DNA of 24,216 nt, taken from Chthoniobacteraceae bacterium (GTDB lineage: Bacteria; Verrucomicrobiota; Verrucomicrobiia; Chthoniobacterales; Chthoniobacteraceae). Below, one piece after another: positions 15,582-24,216 of the stretch (positions are counted from its first letter, which is position 1; every line of letters begins with the position of its first letter). The stretch lies in the NCBI GenBank assembly GCA_031409335.1, contig JANNWY010000281.1, forward strand, positions 1 through 24,216. Reading direction: 5' to 3'. The position numbers were made by a program, and so were the translations under genes. Below the pieces are notes generated by a model. The model searched no databases and was not told where the DNA came from. It saw only the letters and a program-made list of their open reading frames with translations.

Positions 15582-17308
15582 ACACGCCCCGTCTCACTCC
15601 CGAACGACTCCGCTCCTACCGCTGGTTCGGGCCGAATGATCTGCGCAGCTTTGGCCATCGCTCGCGGGCGCGGCAGATGGGGCTGGGGCCGGAGGATTGG
15701 GCGGGGAAGCCGGTAATCGCGATTTTGAATACGTGGAGCGAAATCAATCCGTGTCATCTGCACTTCAAGGTGCTCGCCGAGCATGTGAAAAAGGGCGTGC
15801 TCCAGGCGGGCGGGATGCCGGTGGAAATCCCGGTGCTTTCGCTGAGCGAAAATTTCATGAAGCCGACGACGATGCTTTATCGCAATCTGCTCGCGATGGA
15901 GACGGAGGAAGTGCTGCGGTGTCATCCGGCGGATGGCGCGGTGCTGCTCGGCGCGTGCGATAAAACGACGCCCGCGCTCATCATGGGCGCGCTGTCGGCG
16001 GCGCTGCCTTTTATCTTCGTGCCGGGCGGGCCGATGCTGCGCGGGAACTGGCGCGGCGCAGTGCTCGGCTCGGGGTCGGATGCGTGGAAGTATTGGGCGG
16101 AGAAACGCGCGGGCAATTTGAGCGAAGAGGAATGGTGCGAGATCGAGGCGGGGATCGCGCGGTCGCACGGGCACTGCATGACGATGGGCACGGCGAGCAC
16201 GATGACGGCGATCGCGGAGACGCTCGGGCTCACGCTGCCTGGCGCGTCGAGCATCCCCGCGAGCGATGCGGAGCACTGGCGCATGGCCGCGCAGAGCGGG
16301 CGGCAGATCGTGGAAAATGTGTGGGCGGATTTGAATCCGTCGCGCTTTCTCACGATGCAGAGTTTTGAAAATGCGATCGTCGCGGACATGGCGATCGGCG
16401 GCTCGACGAATGCGCTCATCCATCTCGTTGCGATGGCAGGGCGCGCGGGGATCAAGCTGCCGCTGGAGAAGTTCGATGAGATTTCGCGCCGCACGCCGCG
16501 GCTCGCGGATCTGCGTCCGGCAGGCAGATTCTTGATGGAGGATTTTTATTTTGCCGGCGGCTTGCGCGCTCTGCTGGCTCAACTCCCCGACTTGCTCCAC
16601 GGCGAAACTTTCACCGTGAACAGTCACACGCTTGCCGAGAACCTCGCCGGCGCGGAGATCTACAACCCGGAAGTCATCCGCACGCGCGAAACCGCACTCT
16701 CGCCGGAAGGCGGCACCGCGATCCTGCGCGGGAATCTTTGCCCGCGTGGTGCGGTCATCAAACATGCCGCGATGGAGCCGCGCTTCCTTTGCCACAGCGG
16801 CCCGGCGGTCGTTTTTGAAAACTACGACGACCTCGCCGCGCGCATCGACGACCCCGCGCTTGCCGTCACCGCCGACTCCGTGATCGTTCTGCAAAACGCC
16901 GGTCCCGTTGGCGCGCCCGGGATGCCCGAATGGGGAATGCTACCAATCCCGAAAAAGCTGCTGGAGCAAGGCGTGCGCGACATGCTGCGAATCTCCGACG
17001 CGCGCATGAGCGGCACCAGCTACGGCGCGTGCGTGCTGCACATCGCGCCCGAAAGCGCCATCGGTGGCCCGCTCGCGCTCGTGCACGATGGCGACCACAT
17101 CACGCTCGACGTGCCCGCGCGCACGCTCACGCTGAACGTTTCCGACGAAGAACTCGCCACCCGCCAGGCCGCTTGGAAACAGCGTCCGCCACAAGTGCTG
17201 CGCGGCTACCTCTCGCTTTTCCTAAACGAAGTGACGCAGGCCGACGAAGGCTGCGACTTCCGCTTCCTCCACGCCGGTGCGCCGACGCCGGAGCCGGCGA
17301 TTCATTGA
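15578..17308 (+). CDS. araD: IlvD/Edd-family sugar-acid dehydratase (L-arabinonate dehydratase-like), 576 aa
   Basis: Fe-S ligands NPCH, ACDKT, HCMTMGTAST, plus GGSTN, GMPEWG, SDARMSGTSYG. The DLRSFGHRSR N-terminus is typical of the AraD-like clade. ATGA overlap with the GT gene. Substrate is inferred. Confidence 0.88.
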   Translation: MNTPRLTPERLRSYRWFGPNDLRSFGHRSRARQMGLGPEDWAGKPVIAILNTWSEINPCHLHFKVLAEHVKKGVLQAGGMPVEIPVLSLSENFMKPTTMLYRNLLAMETEEVLRCHPADGAVLLGACDKTTPALIMGALSAALPFIFVPGGPMLRGNWRGAVLGSGSDAWKYWAEKRAGNLSEEEWCEIEAGIARSHGHCMTMGTASTMTAIAETLGLTLPGASSIPASDAEHWRMAAQSGRQIVENVWADLNPSRFLTMQSFENAIVADMAIGGSTNALIHLVAMAGRAGIKLPLEKFDEISRRTPRLADLRPAGRFLMEDFYFAGGLRALLAQLPDLLHGETFTVNSHTLAENLAGAEIYNPEVIRTRETALSPEGGTAILRGNLCPRGAVIKHAAMEPRFLCHSGPAVVFENYDDLAARIDDPALAVTADSVIVLQNAGPVGAPGMPEWGMLPIPKKLLEQGVRDMLRISDARMSGTSYGACVLHIAPESAIGGPLALVHDGDHITLDVPARTLTLNVSDEELATRQAAWKQRPPQVLRGYLSLFLNEVTQADEGCDFRFLHAGAPTPEPAIH

Positions 17309-17339
17309 AAAATGCCGTCTCGGGGTTGATTGGTCGCTG

Positions 17340-18353
17340 ATGATTTTTAGATTCCTTTTTGCAATTGTGTGGTTCGTCACGGGGATCGCTCGCGCGGAGG
17401 ATGCGGCGGTTCCTTTGCAGCGGTTTGCTTTTGAAAAGGCGGAGATGGGGTTGCCTTTTCGGATCACGCTTTTTGCGCCGGATGAGAAAGCAGCGAAGGC
17501 GGCTGCGGATGCGGCGTTTGTGCGGATTGCCGAACTGAACGGCGTGTTGAGCGATTACGATGACGAGTCGGAATTGAGCCGGCTTTCGCGCACTTCCGGT
17601 TCGGGAAAAGTGGTGCCGGTGAGCGACGATCTGTGGCGGGTGCTGGAGCGCGGGCAGGCGATGGCGGTGCAGACGGCTGGGGCGTTCGATGTGACGGTGG
17701 GGCCGTTGGTGAATTTGTGGCGGCGGGCGCGGCGGAAGCAGGAGCTGCCTGCGCCGGAGATGATCGCGGAGATGCGGGCGCGCGTGGGTTTTCAAAATCT
17801 GAAACTGGATGCGGAAAAGCGGACGGCGGAGTTGCGGATCCCGGACATGCGGCTGGATGCGGGTTCGATTGGAAAGGCGTATGCGGTGGATGCGGCGCTG
17901 GCGGTTTTGAAGGCGCGCGGGTTTCCGCGGGCGCTGGTCGGCGGGAGCGGCGACATGGCGGCGGGCGATGCGCCGCCGGGGCAGGCGGAGTGGCAGATCG
18001 AGGTGGCGGCGCTCGATGCGCCGGGAGCGCCGCCGCCGCGGATCGTGCATCTGGTGAATCGCGGGATCGCGACGAGCGGCGATGTGTTTCAGCGCGTGGA
18101 GATCGACGGGAAACGCTACTCGCACATCGTCGATCCGCGCACCGGACTCGGGCTCACGGATCACAGCCTCGTCACGGTGATCGCGCCGGATTGTTTCACT
18201 GCAAATTGCTACACGACCGCGGCGAGCGTGCTCGGGCCGGAGCGGGGTTTGAAATTGATCGACGAGACGGAAGGCGTCGCGGCGTTGCTGGTGCGGAAGC
18301 CGGGGGAAAAGATCGAAGTGATCGAATCGCGCGAGTGGAAGTTTAAGGAATGA
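17340..18353 (+). CDS. apbE: FAD:protein FMN transferase (ApbE family), ~337 aa
   Basis: Signal peptide MIFRFLFAIVWFVTGIARA, then EMG, SELSRL, GAFDVTVGPLVNLW, LDAGSIGKAYAVD, ATSGD, RYSHIVDPRTG. Confidence 0.93.
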   Translation: MIFRFLFAIVWFVTGIARAEDAAVPLQRFAFEKAEMGLPFRITLFAPDEKAAKAAADAAFVRIAELNGVLSDYDDESELSRLSRTSGSGKVVPVSDDLWRVLERGQAMAVQTAGAFDVTVGPLVNLWRRARRKQELPAPEMIAEMRARVGFQNLKLDAEKRTAELRIPDMRLDAGSIGKAYAVDAALAVLKARGFPRALVGGSGDMAAGDAPPGQAEWQIEVAALDAPGAPPPRIVHLVNRGIATSGDVFQRVEIDGKRYSHIVDPRTGLGLTDHSLVTVIAPDCFTANCYTTAASVLGPERGLKLIDETEGVAALLVRKPGEKIEVIESREWKFKE

Positions 18354-19925
18354 TCAATCTTCCGATGCGAGTTGTTCGAGCCGGTCGCCGATTTTGTAGT
18401 GCATCACGACGACGAGGATTCCCACGGCGAAATCGAGCACGATGAAGGCGGCTTCCTTGAACATGGAAAAGGCCAGGACGCCGACCATCGTTCCGCCGAC
18501 GTAAGTGATCGCAATCGCGAGCGGCAGCGCGCCCCACTTCAGGCGTAGGGAAAGGTGGACGATGAGGTGATAGAAAAACGCGAGTAGGATGAAGACGAAC
18601 GCGAAGCCAGTGATGGCGATGCCGTTCGTTTCGGTGAAAATCTCCGCCAGCCCTTTTAGTAATCCGTCCGCGACGAGCACCGCTCCGAGCGTGAAAAAAA
18701 GCACGGCCGGCCAGGTGGTGGCGAGGGCGCCGAGGATTTTCTGGTAAGCAATCTGACGGGTGGACATCGGCAGCATTGCGAGGCTCGACCACGTTTTCCA
18801 AATGCGCTCCTGCCGAAAGACACGGGCGGCGATGAAGGCGCCTTCGGCGACAAGGACGAGGAAGCCGCACCAAATCATGGTGTAGCCGAATTCTTTCCAC
18901 ACGAAGTTGCTCGGGTTGTTGTCGAAGACATTGGTGACGAGGGCCGCCGCCAGGCCGAGCAGTGCGCCGTAGGTAAGCAGCTTCACGAGGGCACCTGCGT
19001 TGCCGCCGCCGATGAAAAAGTAATCCTTCCAGAACAACGCGCGCCGCCCAGGCCTTCCGTAGCTGAAAAAGTGAAAACGTTTTCCTTTTCTGGACAGGAT
19101 TCCGCGCGCGGGGCCGGCCTCGACTTCCTCATTGCAAAAGACATCGAAGATCGCCCATGCGCCGAGGAAAAAACCGATGCCGAGGAGGATGTTGCTGACG
19201 ACTTGGAAACACAGTGGGCCGCCGCTGAATCCGGTGACGCCAATCGCGCCAATGCGGGTGAGCGGGGAGGCCTGCTGCCATAGCGCGAGAAAATCTGTGA
19301 GCCAGGGCGGGGGCAATTCCGCCGGGATGATTTGGAAAAATGCGAGGAGGTAGAGCACCGGATTGCGCACGATCCACGCGCCAAAGAGGAACCCGCACAT
19401 GACGCAGAAAGTGAAGAGCGCGGCGGTGAAGGAACGGCGCATCATGACGGAGAAAAAGAGCGCCACATTTCCCAGCAAAAGCGTGTACGCCGCGAGGCAG
19501 GTGTAGGCAGCGACGATCTGCGCGAGGGTGACGCCGCCGAGCGCGACGGCGAGCAGGGTGAAGGGGACTTGCGAGACGAGCAGGAGCAGCGCGCCGATCT
19601 GGCGGCTGGCGGATTTGCCGAGCAGGATGGAGAGCGGGTTGAGATTGGTCATGCGCAGCAGGCCGAGCGTCATGTCCTCCTTTTCCTCGGTGATGGCGGA
19701 GGCGAAATAACTCAGCCCGGCGAGCGAGATGAAGAAGAGATTGAGCGAGACGATGGAGTTGAAAAACTTGAGCCCCGGCGCGCCCGCCCAGCCCATGGAT
19801 AATTGAGTCGTCACGAGATTGAACAGGACGAGTCCCACGAGCCCGGCGCGCGCCCAATACATGGCCTTCGAGCGCACATCCTCGCGCAGGGCGCGGGTAA
19901 AGAGGGCGAGCAGGGCGCTATTCAT
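18354..19925 (-). CDS. ABC-2-type transporter permease-like polytopic membrane protein
   Basis: AITEEKEDMTLGLLRMTNLNPLSILLGK motif, a second degenerate copy FRQERIWKTWSSLAMLPMSTRQIAYQK, and many TM helices. Start 19925 or 19937. Confidence 0.85.
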   Translation of the reverse strand: MNSALLALFTRALREDVRSKAMYWARAGLVGLVLFNLVTTQLSMGWAGAPGLKFFNSIVSLNLFFISLAGLSYFASAITEEKEDMTLGLLRMTNLNPLSILLGKSASRQIGALLLLVSQVPFTLLAVALGGVTLAQIVAAYTCLAAYTLLLGNVALFFSVMMRRSFTAALFTFCVMCGFLFGAWIVRNPVLYLLAFFQIIPAELPPPWLTDFLALWQQASPLTRIGAIGVTGFSGGPLCFQVVSNILLGIGFFLGAWAIFDVFCNEEVEAGPARGILSRKGKRFHFFSYGRPGRRALFWKDYFFIGGGNAGALVKLLTYGALLGLAAALVTNVFDNNPSNFVWKEFGYTMIWCGFLVLVAEGAFIAARVFRQERIWKTWSSLAMLPMSTRQIAYQKILGALATTWPAVLFFTLGAVLVADGLLKGLAEIFTETNGIAITGFAFVFILLAFFYHLIVHLSLRLKWGALPLAIAITYVGGTMVGVLAFSMFKEAAFIVLDFAVGILVVVMHYKIGDRLEQLASED

Positions 19926-19976
19926 GCGCGGGAGCATTCCCGAACGCGCCGCCGGTTGGCAATGCGCGACCGCAAC

Positions 19977-21476
19977 TCATCCCCACCGCCACGTCGGATG
20001 CCGGATGCACGCGAGCGCGTGATCCAGCTTGATGCCAGTGGCAGCTTGCGCGGCGAAATCGGCGGTGTGCTTTTTCCAGATGGCGAGTTCCTCCGCGGTC
20101 GGCGTGTGTGGGGCGCGGTGCGGGATGCGGTTGCCGAGGAGCATCATCCAGTGGCCTTCGAGGCCGAAGATGTTGTCGTGATTGCCGAGCTTGTGCCGCC
20201 CGAGCATGGACGGTCCGTTTTCCTCATAGAAAGCGACGAGCGGCGCGACGGTGCGCAGCGGGGTGGCGGCGCGGGCGTGCTGCCAGAACGGGGTGTCGAG
20301 CCGCGTGTTGAAGCGGTAGTGCATCGCGAGGAAATCGCGCGTCTCGGTCCAGATGTCGGCGATGAGCTGGTTGTAAGTCTCGCGGATGGTGGGGGTCGGG
20401 CCGGTGCGGTGGCATTCGCGCAGGGTTTCGACGAGGATTTGCATCGCGTAAATCAGCGTCGAGATGGCGGTGGCTTCGAGCGGCTCGACGAAGCCGTTGG
20501 CGTTGCCGATGGCGACGACGTTGCCGACCCAGTTCCGCGCGTAGCGTCCGCTGCGGAAGCGCACGAGGCGCGGCTCGTTTCCGGTCGCGGCGATCCTGGG
20601 ATTTTTGCGGAGTAGTTCTGCGCGCGCCGCATCGTCGTCGAGAAAAGCGGAGCTGAAGACGTAGCCGCGATTGATGAAATGCTCGTGCTCGATCTGCCAG
20701 CACCAGCCGGCGTCCATCGTCTCGGCAGTGGTGTAGGGATGGATCGGCTCGGTGGTGCGCGGCCAGCCGCCGATGATCGCGCGGTCGCAAAACAGCGCGT
20801 CGGCGAAGCTCTCGAACGGCTCACCCAGTGCGCGCCCGAGCAGCTCGGAGCGGAAGCCGGAGGCGTCGATGTAAAGATCGCCGCTCACATTTTCCCCGCT
20901 CTCGAGATGCAGCGCCGCGACTTCGCCCTCGCACATTTCCACGTCGCGCACGGTGCCTTCGGAAATGGCGACGCCGTGCTCGCGGCAGCGCGCTTCGAGG
21001 TAGGCGACGAGTTTTTGGTTTTCGATGTGAAAGGCGTACGCGGATTGGAATTGCGGCCAGCCATCGGACCGGCGATGGGCGACGCGATCGTGGGTCATCA
21101 GCGCGGTGGGGGCGTCGGCGGGCACGAGTTCGTCGAAGCAGTAAAACCCATTCGCCTTTGGCAGATCGCTCCAGCGCGCGTCCCACTGCTGGCTGAAGCT
21201 GTAGAAAAAATCCGGGCGCGGCCCCCACAAAAAGCGGATGCCCAGCTTCCACGTCGGCTGCGCCTCGGCGTAAAACTGCGCCGCATCAAGACCGAGATTT
21301 CCGAGCAGATGCCGGGGAAAAAGCGGCGTCGTGCCCTCGCCAACGCCGATCACGCCGATGTCCGCGCTATGGACGAGGCGGACGGCGAGCTGCGGGAGAT
21401 GGCGGCGCAGCGTGAGCGCCGCGAGCAGCCCCGCGGTGCCGCCGCCGAGGACGACGATGTTTTGGATCTTGCTCAT
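19977..21476 (-). CDS. Flavin-dependent halogenase (tryptophan halogenase family), 499 aa
   Basis: GGGTAG FAD-binding motif, GVGEGT, catalytic Lys in TWKLGIRF, YIDASGF, WCWQIE (WxWxIP-like), GFVEPLEATAI. Confidence 0.92.
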   Translation of the reverse strand: MSKIQNIVVLGGGTAGLLAALTLRRHLPQLAVRLVHSADIGVIGVGEGTTPLFPRHLLGNLGLDAAQFYAEAQPTWKLGIRFLWGPRPDFFYSFSQQWDARWSDLPKANGFYCFDELVPADAPTALMTHDRVAHRRSDGWPQFQSAYAFHIENQKLVAYLEARCREHGVAISEGTVRDVEMCEGEVAALHLESGENVSGDLYIDASGFRSELLGRALGEPFESFADALFCDRAIIGGWPRTTEPIHPYTTAETMDAGWCWQIEHEHFINRGYVFSSAFLDDDAARAELLRKNPRIAATGNEPRLVRFRSGRYARNWVGNVVAIGNANGFVEPLEATAISTLIYAMQILVETLRECHRTGPTPTIRETYNQLIADIWTETRDFLAMHYRFNTRLDTPFWQHARAATPLRTVAPLVAFYEENGPSMLGRHKLGNHDNIFGLEGHWMMLLGNRIPHRAPHTPTAEELAIWKKHTADFAAQAATGIKLDHALACIRHPTWRWG

Positions 21477-21575
21477 GGCGACAGAAAGGTGGAACGGCGG
21501 ACCGAATGATTTCGCGGCATCGCATCCGGCGCGGCAGGCTGGATGGAGGTTTCTGATAACAGCGGCAAATAGAAA

Positions 21576-21608
21576 TTGATTTCACGGAAAAATACTTTCT
21601 AATTTTTC
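21576..21608 (+). promoter_or_regulatory. Candidate sigma70 promoter with overlapping inverted repeat in the AT-rich divergent intergenic region
   Basis: TTGATT(21576-21581)-N16-TCTAAT(21598-21603). Inverted repeat GAAAAAT(21587-21593)-N8-ATTTTTC(21602-21608). Confidence 0.45.
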
Positions 21609-21666
21609 AAGAGGGTTCTCCCAGCCGTTCATCACCCCGAAACCAACTCCCTTGACGCCCCACACC

Positions 21667-24216
21667 ATGCAAACTCATCGCCATCCCATGCCCACATCTC
21701 GCCGCTCGCCCTCGCCATTCAGCGCACTGCGCGCCATCGCCGCCCTCTCGATCCTGTCCGGTCCGATCTACGCGCAAATCCCGGTCGCGGGGACGACGGA
21801 TTCATGGACCAATGGCGGAGGCGACTTGTTGTGGGGCAATCCCGCCAATTGGTCCACCGGCGCTTTTCCGGGGATCAATGACATCGCGCGGTTTAACGTC
21901 GCTCCGGCCACGGTGCAGAATATCAACCTCGGCGGGTTGGACTGGGAGATCGGTTCACTGTTCATGAATTCGGCGGGCGCGACCAACTATGTCCTGCAAA
22001 GTGGCAGGATCGTCACCAACTCGATCAACCAGAACGCCGACGACCCGAACGCCCTCGATCCGAGCGCGCTGGTTTCCTCGAAAAACTCAGGGGCGGACGT
22101 GCTCAATGTCAGCGTCAGTTCGAACCAGCTGCAGTTGCAGGGCCAGGTCACGGCGGGCGGCTTGAATAAATTTGGTGCCAATATCCTGCGCCTTGGCACC
22201 AGTGGGACGGCTTTTGACAATGTGATCAATGGCGACATCACCATCTACGGGGGGACGCTCCGGGCGTCGGCCGGCGCGGTGGCTGGTCTGAATAATCCGC
22301 TGGGCGGCACGGGTCGGGTTGTCATCGGCAACGCTGGCGTCACTTTTGAAATCCAAGCGCAGATCGCCACGGGGGAATATGATTTCGGCAGGGACATCGT
22401 CGCGGGAAACAACAACTTTACGCTCGTCGCGACGAACGCTTCGGGGACTGATCCGGGCGATCCGAATGTGCGCATGGGCACATTGTTCATCGGCAATGCC
22501 GCCATGGTGACGAACAACTTCACGGGCTTCCGGCCGGGGTTTGATTCGCTGAATTTCGCCGCGGGTTCGACGAACAGCCGGATTCATGTGACCAACTCGA
22601 CCGCTGCCGCGACCACTTTCACCTATACCGACGGATTGACGGGCGACGCCAACTCGAACCTCTACAAGCGGGGTGGCGGCGATCTCGAAATCCGGGGAAA
22701 TAACGAGGCGAGTTTTTCCGGCGACATCTACCACGGCGAATCGAATCTCCGTCTGCAATCGACCGCTGCCGGGCTCAACCCGGCGGGTGGCGCGGACTCG
22801 ACCATCTTTTTCTCCAACGGCTACGGCGTGACCGCGCTCGACGGCGGCCAGACGCTGCAACTCCGCTCGGATGCCGCGCTCGACTACGGCAGCAATATCT
22901 CCTTCCGCCCAGGCGTCACGATCGGGCGCATCGACGTGAACCGTGTCGGCACCACGGCCACTGGCCAGCGGCTCACGGTGGGAGATGTGGCCCTCTCCGG
23001 GCAATTGCTGCGGGTGCTCGGCGGGAACACTTTCAGCCTCGGGATCGACAATCTCAACGTCGCCGCAGGCTCCACGCAAATCTTCGACGGAGCGAGCGCG
23101 GACTCAGTCGTCACGGGCAACCTCAACCTCGGCGCGGGCTCCACGTTCACGAAAATCGGCGGGAGCGCCCTCACGCTCAGCTCCAACAATTCCGCGACCA
23201 TTCTCGGAACGATCACGCATCGCGCGGGCAACCTCATCGGCACCGTCGCGGGCTCGCTCGGGCCGAGCCCCATCGAAGTGGGCGATCCGTCCCTAGGCAG
23301 CGATGGTTTTCAAAACCGGGTCTCCCGCCTGCAAGTCAACAATGCCGACGCCATCACGAATGCCGTCGGTATCGACGCCACCGCGAAGCTCGGCGGCATC
23401 ATCGACATCAATGCGACTCCGAACGGCGACGACATTTACGCCATCCAGGCTGGCGGCATGATCCAAGGCAACGCGGTGCAACTCGGTGCCCTGACCGCTG
23501 GCACGACGCTCCTGCTCAGTCCCGATGCGATCATCCTGCACGAGGCTCCCGGCGCTGCCACCGGCACCGTTCTGGGTCTCCCGGCCAATGCGAACACCTT
23601 CTATGGCATCACTGCGACTGCGAACACGCTGCCCAACGTGGGCGCCGGGACGCCGTGGAAGGGTCTTTCCACGGACAACACCGCGCGCACCGTCCAGGGC
23701 ATTGATGCCGTCACTCCGGCGATCTTGAACGTCGAGGGCGGCGACAACAATCCCGCCACCATCGAGGTCCGGCTCAACGCGATGAACAACGTGGCCCTCG
23801 GCCTCGGCACGACGACGGCGGCGGATGGTGAATTCAAGTGGAATTCGGTGACCGGGCAGAAAGTGACCGTGGAACTGGTCGGCGCGCAGGGCATCAGCAC
23901 GCTGGGTCTGGTGAAGGGCGGGCGGGTGCAATTCAGTGAAACCGATGCCGTGTCGGGATTGAGCACGCATGTGGACAAGATCATCATCAGCGGCAGCGCG
24001 CTCATCCTTCCACTCGTCGGGACGCAGGGCGGTGTGCCGATCGAAATCGGGAACGGCGGCGCGCTCGACATCGGCAACGTCGTCGGCAACGTCATCGACG
24101 GACCCGTCGCGGTGAGAAGCGGGGGCGTGTTTTTCTTTAACGATGCCCAGGTTCTTGGAGGGACCGGAACGCTGACATTCGACAATGGCTCGATCCTCGA
24201 CATCTCGGGTGCCGCG
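21667..24216 (+). CDS. Large secreted beta-strand-repeat (autotransporter passenger-associated repeat-like) surface protein, >850 aa, runs off the right edge
   Basis: Manual translation: MQTHRHPMPTS...ALRAIAALSILSGPIYA|QIPVAGTTDSWTNGGGDLLWGNPANWSTG. Repeats GLNKFGANILRL..GDITIYGGTL, NLYKRGGGDLEIRGNN..FSGDI, FTKIGGSALTLSSNN. Gly/Asn/Thr-rich, no stop seen in the stretches translated, and the same frame reads coding-like at the window end. Absent from the ORF track. Alternative start 21688. Confidence 0.9.
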   Translation, partial: MQTHRHPMPTSRRSPSPFSALRAIAALSILSGPIYAQIPVAGTTDSWTNGGGDLLWGNPANWSTGAFPGINDIARFNVAPATVQNINLGGLDWEIGSLFMNSAGATNYVLQSGRIVTNSINQNADDPNALDPSALVSSKNSGADVLNVSVSSNQLQLQGQVTAGGLNKFGANILRLGTSGTAFDNVINGDITIYGGTLRASAGAVAGLNNPLGGTGRVVIGNAGVTFEIQAQIATGEYDFGRDIVAGNNNFTLVATNASGTDPGDPNVRMGTLFIGNAAMVTNNFTGFRPGFDSLNFAAGSTNSRIHVTNSTAAATTFTYTDGLTGDANSNLYKRGGGDLEIRGNNEASFSGDIYHGESNLRLQSTAAGLNPAGGADSTIFFSNGYGVTALDGGQTLQLRSDAALDYGSNISFRPGVTIGRIDVNRVGTTATGQRLTVGDVALSGQLLRVLGGNTFSLGIDNLNVAAGSTQIFDGASADSVVTGNLNLGAGSTFTKIGGSALTLSSNNSATILGTITHRAGNLIGTVAGSLGPSPIEVGDPSLGSDGFQNRVSRLQVNNADAITNAVGIDATAKLGGIIDINATPNGDDIYAIQAGGMIQGNAVQLGALTAGTTLLLSPDAIILHEAPGAATGTVLGLPANANTFYGITATANTLPNVGAGTPWKGLSTDNTARTVQGIDAVTPAILNVEGGDNNPATIEVRLNAMNNVALGLGTTTAADGEFKWNSVTGQKVTVELVGAQGISTLGLVKGGRVQFSETDAVSGLSTHVDKIIISGSALILPLVGTQGGVPIEIGNGGALDIGNVVGNVIDGPVAVRSGGVFFFNDAQVLGGTGTLTFDNGSILDISGAA

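Noticed and set aside
17340..21476. ApbE supplying flavin to the halogenase
   Set aside because: ApbE is exported and transfers FMN covalently. The halogenase is cytoplasmic and needs FADH2 from a reductase.
21768..24203. Several minus-strand and off-frame ORFs in the right 2.5 kb
   Set aside because: Shadows of the long + strand surface-protein gene from 21667.
1..24216. CRISPR arrays, tRNA or rRNA genes
   Set aside because: No regularly spaced direct repeats or recognisable structural RNA seen by eye. The window is almost fully protein-coding.

Overview
High-GC bacterial window. Gene content (passenger-repeat surface protein, GPNGG-type metal-efflux accessory protein, Tat-exported helical protein) suggests a Verrucomicrobia/PVC-type genome; this is inference. 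Left to right: (1) the 5' end of an IS1-like transposase running off the left edge, missed by the ORF track; (2) a two-gene peptide-export module, a cytoplasmic parvulin/SurA-like protein overlapping a C39 peptidase ABC transporter with two intact cNMP-binding domains, with no HlyD or precursor in view; (3) a Tat-signal protein with four His-containing helical units; (4) an atypical heavy-metal RND efflux locus (Cys/His-rich protein, TolC/CzcC, adaptor, CzcA/CusA permease, three small exported proteins); (5) GT4 glycosyltransferase, IlvD/Edd-family (AraD-like) dehydratase and ApbE; (6) an orphan ABC-2-type permease and a flavin-dependent halogenase, divergent from (7) a >850-aa beta-strand-repeat surface protein that runs off the right edge, also missed by the ORF track. 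The efflux locus is the most unusual part. Its adaptor lacks the alpha-helical hairpin and has a C-terminal membrane anchor. A FitA/VapC toxin-antitoxin pair sits antisense between adaptor and permease, and its palindromic operator reads as an extended -10 on both strands. A His-rich loop in the permease is encoded by a 45-bp palindromic 9-mer repeat. No database searches were run.
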